From: a virus | Taxonomy: Duplodnaviria; Caudoviricetes | Direction: 5' to 3' (one strand) | DNA: 64,000 bases | IMG/VR virus record: IMGVR_UViG_3300029705_000055 | Coordinates: 1-64,000 of that record | Part shown: in pieces, positions 47,101 through 59,469 of the stretch | Numbering within the stretch: the first letter of the stretch is position 1 | Layout of the letters: every line of letters begins with the position of its first letter | The notes under the pieces: model-generated | The model's input: the letters and a program-made list of their open reading frames with translations, nothing else | Told to the model about the DNA's origin: nothing | The model's database searches: none | Program-made: the position numbers and the translations under genes

Positions 47101-49894
47101 GTAAAATCTTCAATGTGTGCTTTTTTGTATCAATAGTTCCAAGCGCTATGAGGGCTTGTTGTCCATCTCGTGTCTCTTGACGCACACACCAACCAACAGA
47201 ATAGGTCATCGATACGTTTTTCCCAGCATAAGAAGATTGGTTAAAAGTACCCCAAATACGATAGTTCGCGGTATCATCTTGTTGGAATATTAACTCAACA
47301 GAATCATCGGTCGAATATTTACGACCCGTATTTATATATGCAGTGCCATCGCTATGGATATACTCTAATTGAGTATAGCCACTGGGCAACGTAACTGTAT
47401 TTGGATACAAAGGACGCTCAACGAAGGTTTTAGTACCATCAATAGATTGGTCAGTGTCTGTCAAGACCACTTTACTCCACTCAGTTGTGGTAGGTAATTT
47501 ATAACCACTATCAATACCGATAGTAGTATTTAATGTCGAAGTTTGAGCCGTGCTTTGAGATGAAGTAAGGCCCGTTCCAGCCTGTACTTGGACACTGGTA
47601 ACCGTTCCCGCATTCGGAGTTGTCCAAGAAGCACCACCAGAACCATCAGCAGTTAAGACTTTCCCAGAAGATGCAGTACCAGAACTTATGCCTGATGTGG
47701 TGACGGAACCCCAAGCAGGGACATATCCATCAGATATTAAAACCTGACCCGCTGTGCCAATTCCGAGACGCATTGGGTTGCCACCAGCATCACCGTGGAT
47801 AATATCGCCAAGCGTGGTCATACCTATGTCGGCTTTTACACCAGCAGCATGACCAGATATATTACTCCACGAAACGGAGTTTGCACTACCTGAAGTTGTT
47901 GCATAGGGGATTGTCACCCAAGTCGTTCCGGAACCGCTTCCACCAGCCGTTAAACCAAGTTTGTTAGCGTTGTCACCAGTTCCACTAACTGTCAGCGAAT
48001 AAGTGGTGTTAGTATCTGTAGCGGCGATAGTAATTTTACGATTTGATGTATCATCAGTAAGGGTAATATTACTACCAGCCTCTAATGTTAAATCAGAAGT
48101 AGAGGTACCTGACCCAGAACCACCCGCTGTTAGAGTTGATGTGAATTTATGACTGGCAAGTGCACCGCTCAATGCGTATGTGGTATTGGTATCGGTAGGT
48201 GTATCCCAGGTACCGTCTTTCTTCAAATAAGTTGAACCGCTGGACGAGATTCCTATATCTGTTTTAACACCGTCCGCATGTCCTGATACATTAGCCCAAG
48301 CCACAGAATTTGCTACATCAGCAGTGCTTGCCGTAGTTGCGCTGCCTGCGGTTGTTGCAGAATTAGCGGTGTTGGCAGAGGTGGCATACGGAATAGTGTA
48401 CCAAACCGTGCCTGACCCAGAACCACCTGCTACAAGACCTACCTTGTTAGCATTATCGCCCGTACCACTTACATTCAATGTATACGTGGTGTTAGTATCA
48501 ACTGGTATGGTCGGTTTATCGTTTAAGTCATTATAACTGCCTGTTTTTGATACTTTGTGCAGAGTAATGTTATTGCTAAAAGACTCGGAAGCAGAAGTTG
48601 TCTGCGCTGTTGTAGCAGTTGTATCAAGAGTGCCAACCGTGGCAGGGGTAGCAGGAGTAGCCCAGTAAGGTATACTCCCGTCTGAGGTTAAAACCTGCCC
48701 GCTTGTGCCAATGGATAATTTAATTGGGTCAGCGCCCGCATCTCCATAAATCATGTCACCCAATGCCGTCATCGGGTTCGCCATTCCGCTATCAGCAGGG
48801 TTGGTCCAAATACGGATTGCGCCATCTTTATGGTAATAAACAGGATGATTTAAAAGAATTTCAAACGCTGTCGCGCTAACCGCTCGACCAAGAAAAATGT
48901 AAATTTTACCGTCGTCAGTACTAGGAAGCGCCTGCACATAAGGGGTGTTGGCATCAATAATAGCAGAGCCATTAGATTGAGGCGTACATTTAATATAGAT
49001 AGGTCGGTTTGCGGTCATTGTAGCCGCTGCACCAGTGTTATTAAACGAGTAGCCAATTAAAGTATATGTATCATAATATTGTTGCCACAGTTGAGCCGCT
49101 GTAACATTGGCGTTAGCTTCTATCACCGTTGTTGTGCCGTACCAAGTAATTTCCCCGAATGGGTCAATGGGGCGCTGGTTAACATTCCGCGCCGAAGTAG
49201 CATTAGTAGAAGTACTCGTGTTGGCGGGTACCCATTGTGTACCATCAGCAGAGGTAAACAACAGTCTATAGCGATAAAATTTATCAGATGCCTTCAAAGT
49301 TGAGTTATTAGTTCTCACCTGATAACCAATTGTGTTTGTGTTGGCATCATAACCACGATAACAAATCCAACATCCACCGCTTACACGTGTCGAGTTATAT
49401 GTAAACAGCATCGCATAGTTGATGTTAAAGATTGTTGTATCTCGTGTCGGGTCTGTAGGAGTTACGGGATTGCCCAGCGCCATGTTTGAATATGAGGGCT
49501 TTGCACCTAACCCATTTACATTAATAGTGAACCCAGAAGCCGATGTTACTTTACCATTATACAGCAAAAGAGTTAACCCATCATAATATTCGGTTGCCGT
49601 TAGTTCGGGAATTGTTACCGTAAAGTTTGTTGAGGTAGATGTGCTGTCTACTTGAGCGTAAAAAATTCCTTGCGTTTTTTCGGGAATATTCGCTCCCCAT
49701 TGTGGGGCGCCATTCGACGATTTTAATATCTACCCATCTGTACCAGCGGCAAGGGTAGTCAACGCACCGCCCGTGCCACCATAAATAAGATCCCCAGCAG
49801 AAGTTGTTGGGAACCCAGTAACTTTATCTATACTAGTTTGGGGGTATAAAATGTCCCCGGACGAGGTTTTTAATTGACCTTTAAAAGTGCTCAC
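44111..49894 (-). CDS. Long mosaic tail fibre (code 15, 1927 aa)
   Basis: GTG start after AAGGAGGGGG; single TAG at 49730; repeated GDxIxG...GQVL...PxW and GIDSGYKLPTTTEW modules. Confidence 0.85.
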
Positions 49895-49946
49895 AGGTAT
49901 CTACCCCCTCCTTTCTCAATAATTATAAAAATAAAACGCGCCAAAA

Positions 49947-51494
49947 TTAAGCGTCTTTTTCAAAATACCAACCACCTGTAACAACGATGGGTGTGGCACC
50001 ATTATTAATTACTTCCAAAACTTGTCCACCAGCAGTCACGAGCCCTTTGGTGTTAACGGTTACAGCACTATAAGTGCCCGCGGAAACGCCAGTGTTTGCG
50101 AGAGTAACTGTGATCGCCGTTGCGCCGCTGCCAGTGGCGTCACCACTCAGGGTAATAGTCTGGTTGCCAGTTAAAACCTCGGCGTTGTTACTGTACAATT
50201 TACCGCTCTGCATGTAGACGCTGGCATTGGTGTTTTCTGTCGCCACAGAGGTCGTCGAACTAGAACCAATAAGATAACGCTTCGCGGTAGATGTTGTAAT
50301 CGCGCTTTCCGGCGCATAAAATGAAGCCGTACTGTTGCTTTTACTAGTGCCATTAAGAGTTACCGAGGTCCAAGTAGGATCTTGCCAAAACGGTTCGTTG
50401 GCTGCGTTCGAGCCAAGAATTTGCCCCGGATTTCCTCCAGCTAATCGGGTGGGGGTTCCAGAGGCGCCTCCAACAATCATGTCCCCCGCTGTCGTCATTG
50501 GGTTGGAAAAATACCCCGAGGGCATGTCTGCTGTTGTTAAAGCACGAAACGTGGGTACACCATTGGCGTTTGAAGGCGCGGCTAAAACATAATTTTGCGT
50601 CTTACTTGCATAAGGATTCTTAGTATCACCGTAATTATCGGCTAAGCTGATTGTACGGTTAGCCGCAAGAGAACCGCCGCCAGTTAAACCAGTGCCGGCA
50701 CTAATTGTGGTGGTCTTAAGAGCAAAAGAAGACTCATCTCCCAGTTCTTCCCAAGTCGCTGCCTGTCCCACACCCTCCTCGGTGCAAAGATATTCTTTAT
50801 CCTCGATAATAATAACGTCCCCACGATGTGCCGCCACTGCTTCTGCAGTGCCCGTGGTTGTCACGCGCACATAATAAGGAGGATCGCTGGGAAAATATAT
50901 ATATTGGCCAGCAGAAGGCTGCGTCGTAGTGCCTACACCAATAAATTTTAATGCACTTGTTAAACCAAGATCAGCTGCTGTAATATTAATAGTTGTAGGA
51001 CCTGTTTGATTTGCAGTAAACGTACCTTTTGTTGTTCCTTCGGTTTGAATTGTAAGGGTACCATCCCCTATAGTAGGTGTTCCCGAAAGATCGGAATATG
51101 CGCCAGTCTTTGCGACTTTAGCCAAGGTAATGTCCGAACCACTCGAGTTCGCGATTGCGCCGCCACTTTGAGTCACCCCGGCCTTGAGCGTTACAATATT
51201 AGAGCTCACCGAAGCAATCGTAGCCGAACCGTCGGTAAAGGCGGGTTCTGCCCCAATATTAGCTGGGGTTAAATTGACTTGTCCAGTACGGTAAGTAGAT
51301 TCTGCATTACCCTTAACGCCAGTTACACCGACACCAGAACTGACAATTTCATCAATAGCCGCTTGAACATTGGTCGCAGCTAAGCCACTGGTTGTATTAC
51401 TATAAGATACTATGTCGGCATCGGTTGCAGGATGTAGAATATCAAATGAATTGGTACCAGTTTTCTATTTTAATTTTCCTTTAAAGGTTGCCAT
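49947..51494 (-). CDS. Tail fibre protein (code 15, 515 aa)
   Basis: MATFKGKLK-Q-K start; ATNVQAAIDE, VTGVKGNAESTYRTG, TVNTKGLVTA fibre motifs. Confidence 0.8.
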
Positions 51495-51518
51495 TTTCTT
51501 CATCCTCCATTATTTATA

Positions 51519-52526
51519 TTAATTATCTCTTAAAAAAATAAAGTCATCTACTCTAACGGCATCTAAATCTTGAGTCGATTGTACCACCATACGAGTATAG
51601 GGTAGCTGACTAACAGGAGTTCTGTATCCCGTACCGCCCGCACCTTGAATATATATATCATAATTATCCATCTACGGATATGTTAAAGTGCCAAGATTCA
51701 GGTTTGTGCACCCCGAAATATCCAGAGAAAGCTCTCCAACAGAGTTAGCCACTGTAGAAGATAATCCATTTCCCGTAGTCAAAGACGCAATGTTATTCAA
51801 AACGATTGAAGAACCGTCGAGAAGCACTTCGTCCACAGTTCCAGCACCGGAGTCGACACGGGTAGATTTTAAAGTTGCAATATTATTGGTTGTATCAACA
51901 GCATATACCCAGCGATTCGGATATTGGTCTTGAACAACAAAAATGCTGTCTCCAACCTTCAAAGACCCGGGAGCTATACTGGTCCCGTTTGTGTCGGTGA
52001 AATTTGCAGTCAACACAAGCTCAGAACTATCGGTTGCAAATACATCACTTACTGTAGCGTCAACAACATAAGCGCCCTATTCTTGAGCTGCTACTTCTGA
52101 TAAAGCCACATACACGGCCCTTGCAGAGGGATACTGCTAATCTGTGGAGTCGCCCGAAATGGCCGTCGTTTTATTTGTGGTTAATTCCATATTCTGCATT
52201 TGAGGGGCGAGTCTTTCTTCCCCTAAGGTTAAAGTGGCCCCCGTACTAGCAGAGCTTCCCGTAGGAATAATTTTATCACAAATAAACGAATTGCTTAACT
52301 AATTGTTAATTTTATATACATAACAAAAATCGCCCGTTTGGAATACATAGGGCGTCATGTTGGGAATTGCCGATAAAACCGAATTTTGATCGGGTACAAT
52401 AATTAAGTCATAATGCGTATCATCAACGCGTGCTTTTACTTGACAAAGTATCGTTTGATCCTTTTTCGCAAATTCTTGTTGGTAGATGTCGCGAATCACA
52501 TCTACAAATTCATTAACGGCTCCCAC
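51519..52526 (-). CDS. Tail/fibre-anchor protein (code 15, 335 aa)
   Basis: Four TAGs; restores STD-Q-QYPSARAVY. Confidence 0.75.
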
Positions 52527-52556
52527 GACACCACCTCCTATAAAAATTTAAAGATG

Positions 52557-52586
52557 AAAAACCCCTCACAGTTTCCTGTGAGGGGT
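52557..52586 (-). terminator. Intrinsic terminator
   Basis: ACCCCTCACAG-GAAA-CTGTGAGGGGT followed by TTTT on the minus strand. Confidence 0.75.
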
Positions 52587-52592
52587 GATTAA

Positions 52593-52856
52593 TTACGCGT
52601 CTTCGTCTTTGTTTTCTTCTTCTTTAGACTCAGGACCGTTTATAGCCTCATCCACAACGAGATATGCGCGCTGACGGGGTTTTCTGCCCTTGCGACTACC
52701 TTTGTTGCCCTCGGCCGATTCCTTTTCACCTTCACCAGAAATTTTTTCAGTTTTAACGACCTTGATTTCGGCCTCTTCCAAAATTTTCTGTTGCGCCGCT
52801 GCGTTTTTCTTTGCTTTGATTGCAGCGTTCTTTTCCAATAATTCCTTAAGCGTCAT
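52593..52856 (-). CDS. Small charged hypothetical protein
   Basis: AAGGAG RBS, 87 aa. Confidence 0.7.
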   Translation of the reverse strand: MTLKELLEKNAAIKAKKNAAAQQKILEEAEIKVVKTEKISGEGEKESAEGNKGSRKGRKPRQRAYLVVDEAINGPESKEEENKDEDA

Positions 52857-52872
52857 TTCACAATCTCCTTAA

Positions 52873-53250
52873 TTAATGCTTTGCCTCATAAATCATAGAT
52901 TCGATCTTATGAGCAATCCAAACTTCGAGATCCCCAAAGTTTTCTTCAATGAACTCTCTCATGCTTGCGGTCAGTTGTACTTCTATAATTTCAATGGCTT
53001 TTTCTTTAACCATTCTCTGGGCTTCTTCATCGAACTTGCCCTGTTTCTTGAGACCCTCAACGAATTCCTGATATACCGCTTGAACTGCGTCTTTCACAAT
53101 ATATGTAATCTTTTCAAGAAGCGCGGCAAATTTCTTATCTTTAATCTTCAGTTTCAGCCAAGAAACAATAGCTTCCGCCGCCCAAGATGCCAGTGCAGCA
53201 ATAATCACACCAACAGCCGCAAGTATGGCATTAAGTAATTCTTCTGTCAT
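52873..53250 (-). CDS. Putative holin (LL-H-like)
   Basis: One N-terminal transmembrane segment, AVQAVYQ..V..LK..GKF and IESMIYE pattern; no TAG. Confidence 0.65.
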   Translation of the reverse strand: MTEELLNAILAAVGVIIAALASWAAEAIVSWLKLKIKDKKFAALLEKITYIVKDAVQAVYQEFVEGLKKQGKFDEEAQRMVKEKAIEIIEVQLTASMREFIEENFGDLEVWIAHKIESMIYEAKH

Positions 53251-53384
53251 GTCATATACCTCCTAAAATAAAACTCGAATTTTATGCGCACACACAGGCG
53301 CACTTGTAGACATTTTTATATAAAAATACCTACAACAGCGCCCGTTGGGGCCCCTGTTGGGGCCCCGGGGGCCGCGCATAATAT

Positions 53385-53546
53385 TTATGCCTTATCTGTT
53401 TTTTGTTTTTTAAAGGCGGGACATTTTTCGCACCCGTCTATAACAAAACGTTGTTGTAAAGTACAATATCTCTGATAGGGACAACGCTTTTTAAGCAAGG
53501 TGCATTTAAACCAATCTTTCCCGTCCCCTTTCAGATTTTTGCACAT
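53385..53546 (-). CDS. 53-aa Cys-rich protein missed by the ORF track
   Basis: MCKNLKGDGKDWFKCTLLKKRCPYQRYC...CEKCP..., directly after the major tail gene. Confidence 0.6.
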   Translation of the reverse strand: MCKNLKGDGKDWFKCTLLKKRCPYQRYCTLQQRFVIDGCEKCPAFKKQKTDKA

Positions 53547-53576
53547 TTAATTCATTAAACGATGTAATCGTTTAAA

Positions 53577-54620
53577 TTACGCACCGATTTCGACTTCTTC
53601 AGAAACAGCTGCGGTGCCCTTCAGACGGAAAATATAGTTCGTGCTAGAAACAAACACATACTCCGCAGTAAGATCGGTCCAGTTTTCACCGTCGTCGGTA
53701 GTGTATTCAATACCATCGGCAGCGGTGAGGGCTTTGAGGTGACCGTCTTTCAGCTCAGCATAGATCGAAGGATGATCGCCAGCTTCAGCAGACTCGGCAT
53801 CAACAATCAGAGACGCCACGTCTTCTTTCCAGCTACGATTATCTATAACTTCAATAATGCGGAGGAGCTTACCGCCGTTGACTTCGCAGTCAGCCGATTC
53901 AGAAGCAAGCGCAACACCAGAGAGCGACATCGTCTGGTTGGAGCTCATGTTCATGGTAAATTCCTGAGAACCATTGAGCAGGAATCTGGGAACTTCAAAA
54001 GTAATGTGACCAGCGGCTTTGCCCTTAGAAGCGGCGCAAGCATCACCGGCATAAATGGGGGCGGTGATGATAAGGAAGAGTTCTTCCGGAATTATCGTCG
54101 AGGTAATTTCGGCGGCCTTGGCATTAGAAACAGGACCAAGGTAGCGAATGCAGTATGCACCCGAAGCGCCGGTAAGAGAAAGCTGTTTGGAAGTGGCATC
54201 ATAATCGATTTTCTGCCATTCATCCATACCCTTCTTAGTACCCCAAACAAGATAGTCCTCTCCGCAAGGAAGCGGCATCTTATTGATGGTCTTGTTATAA
54301 GAAGCGACACCATCAGTAAATTCAACTTCATCACTTACATAATCTTCATCGCCGGTGGTGAAGCGAGCGCCGAGCTGAGCCTCCAGATATTCAGGCTTCC
54401 AAAGAACGTCGGTAAGGGTTATATCGACATTAGAATCGTGGTAGAAGCTGAACTGAACAGGAGCACCTTCGCCAGCGCGAATATCATCTTTGGTCGTAGT
54501 AATATTCAGACCGGAGTCAGTAAGGGTCTTGGAAACAAAAGCCACGGTTCTTTCGCCAGTGGCGGCGTCATAACGGAAGGCTTCTGCTTTACCAACAGAA
54601 CCTAAAAAGTACTTTGCCAT
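53577..54620 (-). CDS. Major tail (tube) protein
   Basis: Position after neck genes; acidic, beta-rich, FEVPRFLLNGSQEFTM; no TAG. Confidence 0.7.
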   Translation of the reverse strand: MAKYFLGSVGKAEAFRYDAATGERTVAFVSKTLTDSGLNITTTKDDIRAGEGAPVQFSFYHDSNVDITLTDVLWKPEYLEAQLGARFTTGDEDYVSDEVEFTDGVASYNKTINKMPLPCGEDYLVWGTKKGMDEWQKIDYDATSKQLSLTGASGAYCIRYLGPVSNAKAAEITSTIIPEELFLIITAPIYAGDACAASKGKAAGHITFEVPRFLLNGSQEFTMNMSSNQTMSLSGVALASESADCEVNGGKLLRIIEVIDNRSWKEDVASLIVDAESAEAGDHPSIYAELKDGHLKALTAADGIEYTTDDGENWTDLTAEYVFVSSTNYIFRLKGTAAVSEEVEIGA

Positions 54621-54654
54621 AGTTTTAATCTCCTTTTCAAAATTTTATTTTTTA

Positions 54655-55722
54655 TTACAAAACAGAAACTTGCTGCTGAAGCTCGTCCATACTCTTATAT
54701 GCATCCCCATACATATCTTTATTGGGCTTGTAAATCCAATGCTCAATACTCTTTCCTTTTGGTAAAGACACAAATCCGGACGACACAGCCTGCTTCATAA
54801 TTTTATAATTAATTAAATCATCTACCGTGGCAAGCGCCATGGTAAACTTACGAATGGGCATATTGTAGCACTCTTCAAAAGTATAGTGAGTGGCAATCGA
54901 AAGACACACGACCTTCTTTTCAATCGAAGCATGCACATCGTTTCGTTGTTGTTCAAGCCTGATTTTTTCATCGTGGTCTTTCTTTAATTCTGGGTCGACC
55001 CAAGAATCATCCACATAATCATAAAAATTTTGATAGGGAACAATTTGCCGCAATTTATTAAAATCGCTACGATTTATAATATGCCCGTCAACACTCAAAC
55101 ATTTTCGTTTGGGATTATCGGGGTCTTGAATAACTTTTATCATTTCCATAAAGTCTTCACCGCCGCATCCCTCTTCGGGACAAATTAGTCTGGGAACCTC
55201 TTCTTCGCCCCCCTCTTCGGGAGTTGGATCTAGGGTCGCTTCCGCCTAGCCTGTCACCGCCTCAAAATGTTTCTGCGCATATTTCTATACACTAAGCATG
55301 AAATCAAGAAAAACTTTGTCGTCATATTTCATAATATGACCACATTTATTACATTTTAATCCATTCTCTATATGAAACACCATTTCCAACAAACGCTGTA
55401 AACGATACGACCACTCTTTTCCCTCTTGCCCCGGCAATTGTGTCTGAGCAATTAAATAGTCTAAATGCGAAAGGGCAATCCCCTTAGGCGTTTCGTTCTT
55501 ATTTAACGTAAAACAAGGGAGACAATTGGAAAAAGGTTCAAAATACCGCACCTAAATCGGATAAATGGTTAATCCACAAAAAGGAATGGGTTTATCTTCT
55601 CGAAAATATTCATGCTCATAAGATTTTAATAATTTCACAATGTCTGCAGGAAGCTAGCCATATTTGGGATCCGCTTCTGCGGGATCAATTTCTGGCTGTA
55701 TTATTTTTTCTTCTTCAGGCAT
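54655..55722 (-). CDS. Neck/tail-assembly protein with Zn-ribbon insert (code 15, 355 aa)
   Basis: TAATG coupling; four TAGs; CNKC...CPEEGC. Confidence 0.7.
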
Positions 55723-56468
55723 TAAAATCCCCCCTCGGGGTCATCTGAAATGCCCGACATCGTGACATTAAAACCAATTCTATGACCAAAAAACGAGCGA
55801 TTATTAAATAACGAAAGAGTTGCTTTGCTTTTTATCGCATCGCCTTCATTGGGTTTACTTGCAATAAATCCCAAATATCCCACCCCATCTATATATAAAC
55901 CATTTAACTCAGCTAATAAACACTTCAGCAACACAGTCGCCCTGCTTTTAAATCTCACGGCGGGATTTTCTTCATTTTTATAATAATAATCATTCGCGTT
56001 GATTAATTCTTTAGCAGGGTTTGCTTGTTCTGGGTCACCCGCATCGCAATTAGTGGCGGGGCCGTTGCTTAAAAAATTTATTTTTGCATGAATAACGGTT
56101 TCTACAGCAACACTCACAATTGAGCGCATATGATCAATAGGATATATGTCATCTACATAAATGTAAATAGACGAACACTCTTTCGTCCATGCATCATCAA
56201 CAAAGGGGGAAAAGAATACCCTGGCGTCTGCCGTCTAACCACCGATTCGATTATTGGCATAACCATCTATTAAAGCCCACTTTTCTTTGGAAGTTAATGG
56301 GGCTTTTGAAAGCGCGTCTTGGGTATCATACTTTAACAAGCGCCAAAACGTTTCCGCATATGCGGTTTTAGAAGTTAACAGGTGCTGTATAATTTTTCCC
56401 TCAATGCCGTCAATATTTATAAAGCGATTAAAGTCGTTATAACCGCCATACTCATAAAAATCTGCCAT
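55722..56468 (-). CDS. Putative tail completion/neck protein (code 15, 248 aa)
   Basis: TAG 56235 joins two ORFs; function from position. Confidence 0.7.
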
Positions 56469-56495
56469 CTCTTTGACCTCTTACCTCCGGGCAAC

Positions 56496-57656
56496 TCAAC
56501 TTAAATCTAAGTCAAACTCAGCAGATATCTCTTCTTGCGTGGGAGAATCTTCTGCTTTAACATACCACTTAAGGTGCATGGGGCCTCTTAAATAAATACG
56601 TTTTCTGCGAAGCTTAAACACGCCGCCCTCTATTACAAGCTCGTAATAATTTTCGGGGCACGCCTCTAAAAGATTTTCTAAAGAAATATCTAATTTGATA
56701 TCGACACCCTAAACGACGTCCTCTCCGTGCTTAAGTACGGGTATAAAACTCTCAAACTCTTCACTTAAGGTATAAGTAATAAAGTCTGGGGAGGAGAACT
56801 AAATGGAATACGCATCCTTTCCTCCTGCATCGCCAGGAACGTCAGTCACAATAACCGGCGTATCCGCTTGGGCGGCAATGCGGTGTTCAAAATCATCCAA
56901 AGGAGAAATTTCTGTAATTTCCATATATATTCGCATCAACCCGATATCTGTCGGATGAAAAGTTGAATTACTATAAAATTTATTGATTGCTTTTATACGA
57001 TACACTCTATCGTAACCAATGATAAAGCGCTGATTGAGAAAATAATCTCTAGTATAATCATTATGCTACGCAATGATTATCAATTCAGACTGCGGAGAAA
57101 CCGCCGTCTCGTTGTAAAACAGATTTACTGATGATAACTCGCGCCCTTGTATAACAGGTTCATAATGATAGTGCGAAATCCCCTGCGAATCTACCCAGAG
57201 ACTCCCGAGGGTCCCGTTGCAGCGCTCAATGATCATACTAGAGGTCATTTGGACGCTGTTTGTATTCGTAGCCAGCCAAACATTTTTCTTGGCATCGGGG
57301 ATGGCATCTAAATCAAGTTCATCGAGGGGGAACTCTTCATATCTAAAACGGCTCCCGATCACAAAACGTTTATCGAGAATGTCTCTAAAAACGATGTTCC
57401 TGCAGTCGTTTGAAATTGCTGTTCCCTTCTCAGATTTGACAGACTGTATAACAACTTCAATGGGAGAATAAGTTTGTTCGCCCCACTGGTTTTCATATTC
57501 AATATCCACGCGGTTAGGTCGATATTCCCAGTCGGCGTCCACCTTATCCTATAACTCTTTTATAAAATAATTATCTGCGCTATAGTTTTTGGGGGTTTGA
57601 GAAAGAATATCATACTTGTTCGCCGCATGGGTGATATCAATAACTTTTCGCGCCAT
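56496..57656 (-). CDS. Putative head-closure/neck protein (code 15, 386 aa)
   Basis: Four TAGs; A-Q-HNDYT...NQRFI; ends at TGA. Confidence 0.7.
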
Positions 57657-57669
57657 ACGTCGTGCCCCC

Positions 57670-58014
57670 TTATTTACGATCTCCGATTAAATGATCGAGA
57701 ATTCCTTTTGACTCCATGATTTGACGTTTTACTTGCGCATGCGTCAAATTTTTATAATTTGCTCCATCATATAGGCCGTGTATTTTTACAACAACCCTGG
57801 TAAGTTTATTATCGCATAACACATTAGCTGAAGCTAAATCAAACATAAAACCATAGAACCACAAATCTATATTCCCTTCGCCCCGAGACTCTGCTTCTAT
57901 CATATATAAAAGTTTAATCAACTGGCTGCGCAGTCCAATATAGCATTCGCGCTCTTCCCCCGGAGAAAATCTAATTTCTGCTTTTTGCACATTTATCTGT
58001 TCATTATTTTCCAA
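57670..58014 (-). CDS. Hypothetical head/neck-region protein
   Basis: TTG start after GAGGAGG. Confidence 0.7.
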   Translation of the reverse strand: MENNEQINVQKAEIRFSPGEERECYIGLRSQLIKLLYMIEAESRGEGNIDLWFYGFMFDLASANVLCDNKLTRVVVKIHGLYDGANYKNLTHAQVKRQIMESKGILDHLIGDRK

Positions 58015-58705
58015 AATTAGAGCCTCCTCTGGGAGTCGACATAATCCTCCAATTTAATTCTGAGACCAAAGTATCCATGTCTCTGTTCATTTGATTTCGC
58101 CACTCTACTTTTGCTCTCGCCGAATTTGCGGGTGAATACATCTAAAAATCTGTATCAGTTAAAATATTCCTAACCTCTAAAACGCGCCCAACTTCTTTAT
58201 CGCCCCAGGCGGAACATAAAGCATAAGCAAGTATGTTTATTACTTTATCCATGATCGCGTCCATTGGAAAATCGGAACGAAGACAATCAGAAAAGTCAGC
58301 TGTAAAAGCGCCCGCATAGAACCACGAGACAGCCCAAGTTTCATCGGAGTTGATTGCTCGAGGAAAAGTTACTGAGTTGGTCTCGGGATCATACGATCCA
58401 AAAACCTTCTCTTTACCAATTACGTAAGTAAATCCAACACCAACTCCACCATTGGCAACCTGTTGTTCTAGAACATAAGTATCGTTTCCATCGCCTGAAT
58501 CACTTTCCATCTTTCCTTCCGGCTACGCACATACCAATAACTTGTCGGTAATAGCCACCGGGGAAGTGAATTTATTTTTTCCAATTATGAGAAAATCAAG
58601 CATGTCACTTTGAAAACCCGCTTGATCATTGTAATATTTCTTACTTAAGTCGGGGTCATCAAATAGATTGAAAGCCCTTTCAAAAATATCGTAAAACTAT
58701 ATCAA
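58004..58705 (-). CDS. Putative head-tail adaptor (code 15, 233 aa)
   Basis: TTG start after GGAGGGG; TAGs at 58697, 58523 and 58142; TDF-Q-MYSPAN. Confidence 0.65.
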
Positions 58706-58729
58706 TTCGACCCCTCCTTCGCTAAAGTA

Positions 58730-59386
58730 TTACATTTCGGTCGGTTGAATTTTATAACGGCCACTCAGCTCGTCTTGCTCTCTTTTGAAGCCGCCTTTGG
58801 TTAATCTGTCTAAAAGATCAACTTTTTCGCGATCTAAGAAAGCCGGATCGCCCTCTACAAACTTACGTTTATAGTAGCATACAACACTTTCTTTGAGGTT
58901 TTGAAGCTTCAGACCGCTCCAAAGATGTTCCAAGTCACGGGCCGACATCTTACCGATTGCATACAAAGTAGCGACATCGAGACCGAGTTCTTTATCGGTA
59001 AAAACACCTTTTGCGGAAGCAACATCCGCATTTTTATAAGAAACAGCAAAAACACCGCGATCAAACCAAGAACGATATTTACCAACCAGCTCATCAAATT
59101 GCGAACGAGTCATAACGAACTCTTCCCCATATCTGGTGCAGTTAATTTCCATGTTGCTAATTTTGGCATACCCAAGACTGTCAGAACAGTATACCAGCGT
59201 TACATCTGTAGACGGAGTGGCGGGCGCTGCAACAACGGTTGTTTTTGCGGGTTCCGCAGCAGCTGCGGTCGCTTTTTCGAGCAGGGCTTGAAGCTCCGCT
59301 ATCTTTGCCTCAAGATCAGCTTTGGTCGGCCCCTTGCTCGAAGGTGCTTTAGTGGTGTTTTTATTTGTAGTTTTATTGGTAGCCAT
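58730..59386 (-). CDS. Hypothetical protein downstream of the capsid gene
   Basis: AAAGGAG RBS, 218 aa. Confidence 0.8.
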   Translation of the reverse strand: MATNKTTNKNTTKAPSSKGPTKADLEAKIAELQALLEKATAAAAEPAKTTVVAAPATPSTDVTLVYCSDSLGYAKISNMEINCTRYGEEFVMTRSQFDELVGKYRSWFDRGVFAVSYKNADVASAKGVFTDKELGLDVATLYAIGKMSARDLEHLWSGLKLQNLKESVVCYYKRKFVEGDPAFLDREKVDLLDRLTKGGFKREQDELSGRYKIQPTEM

Positions 59387-59408
59387 ATATATCTCCTTTT
59401 ACTTCTAT

Positions 59409-59434
59409 AAGAGGGGCGCATGGGCGCCCCTCTT
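59409..59434. terminator. GC hairpin after the major capsid gene (partial terminator or mRNA stabiliser)
   Basis: AAGAGGGGCGC/GCGCCCCTCTT; the U-tract is better on the plus strand. Confidence 0.55.
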
Positions 59435-59469
59435 TATTTTTTTAAATACAATAATTACTCAGTAGAAAA

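Noticed and set aside
44700-48500. Invertible shufflon in the long fibre gene
   Set aside because: The repeats are direct, degenerate protein modules; no inverted cassettes or opposite-strand alternative C-termini were seen.
56481-56498. TGA recoding in addition to TAG
   Set aside because: TGA occurs at gene ends, often as ATGA overlaps with the next start (2745, 9067, 39673); the only internal one lies in the intron.
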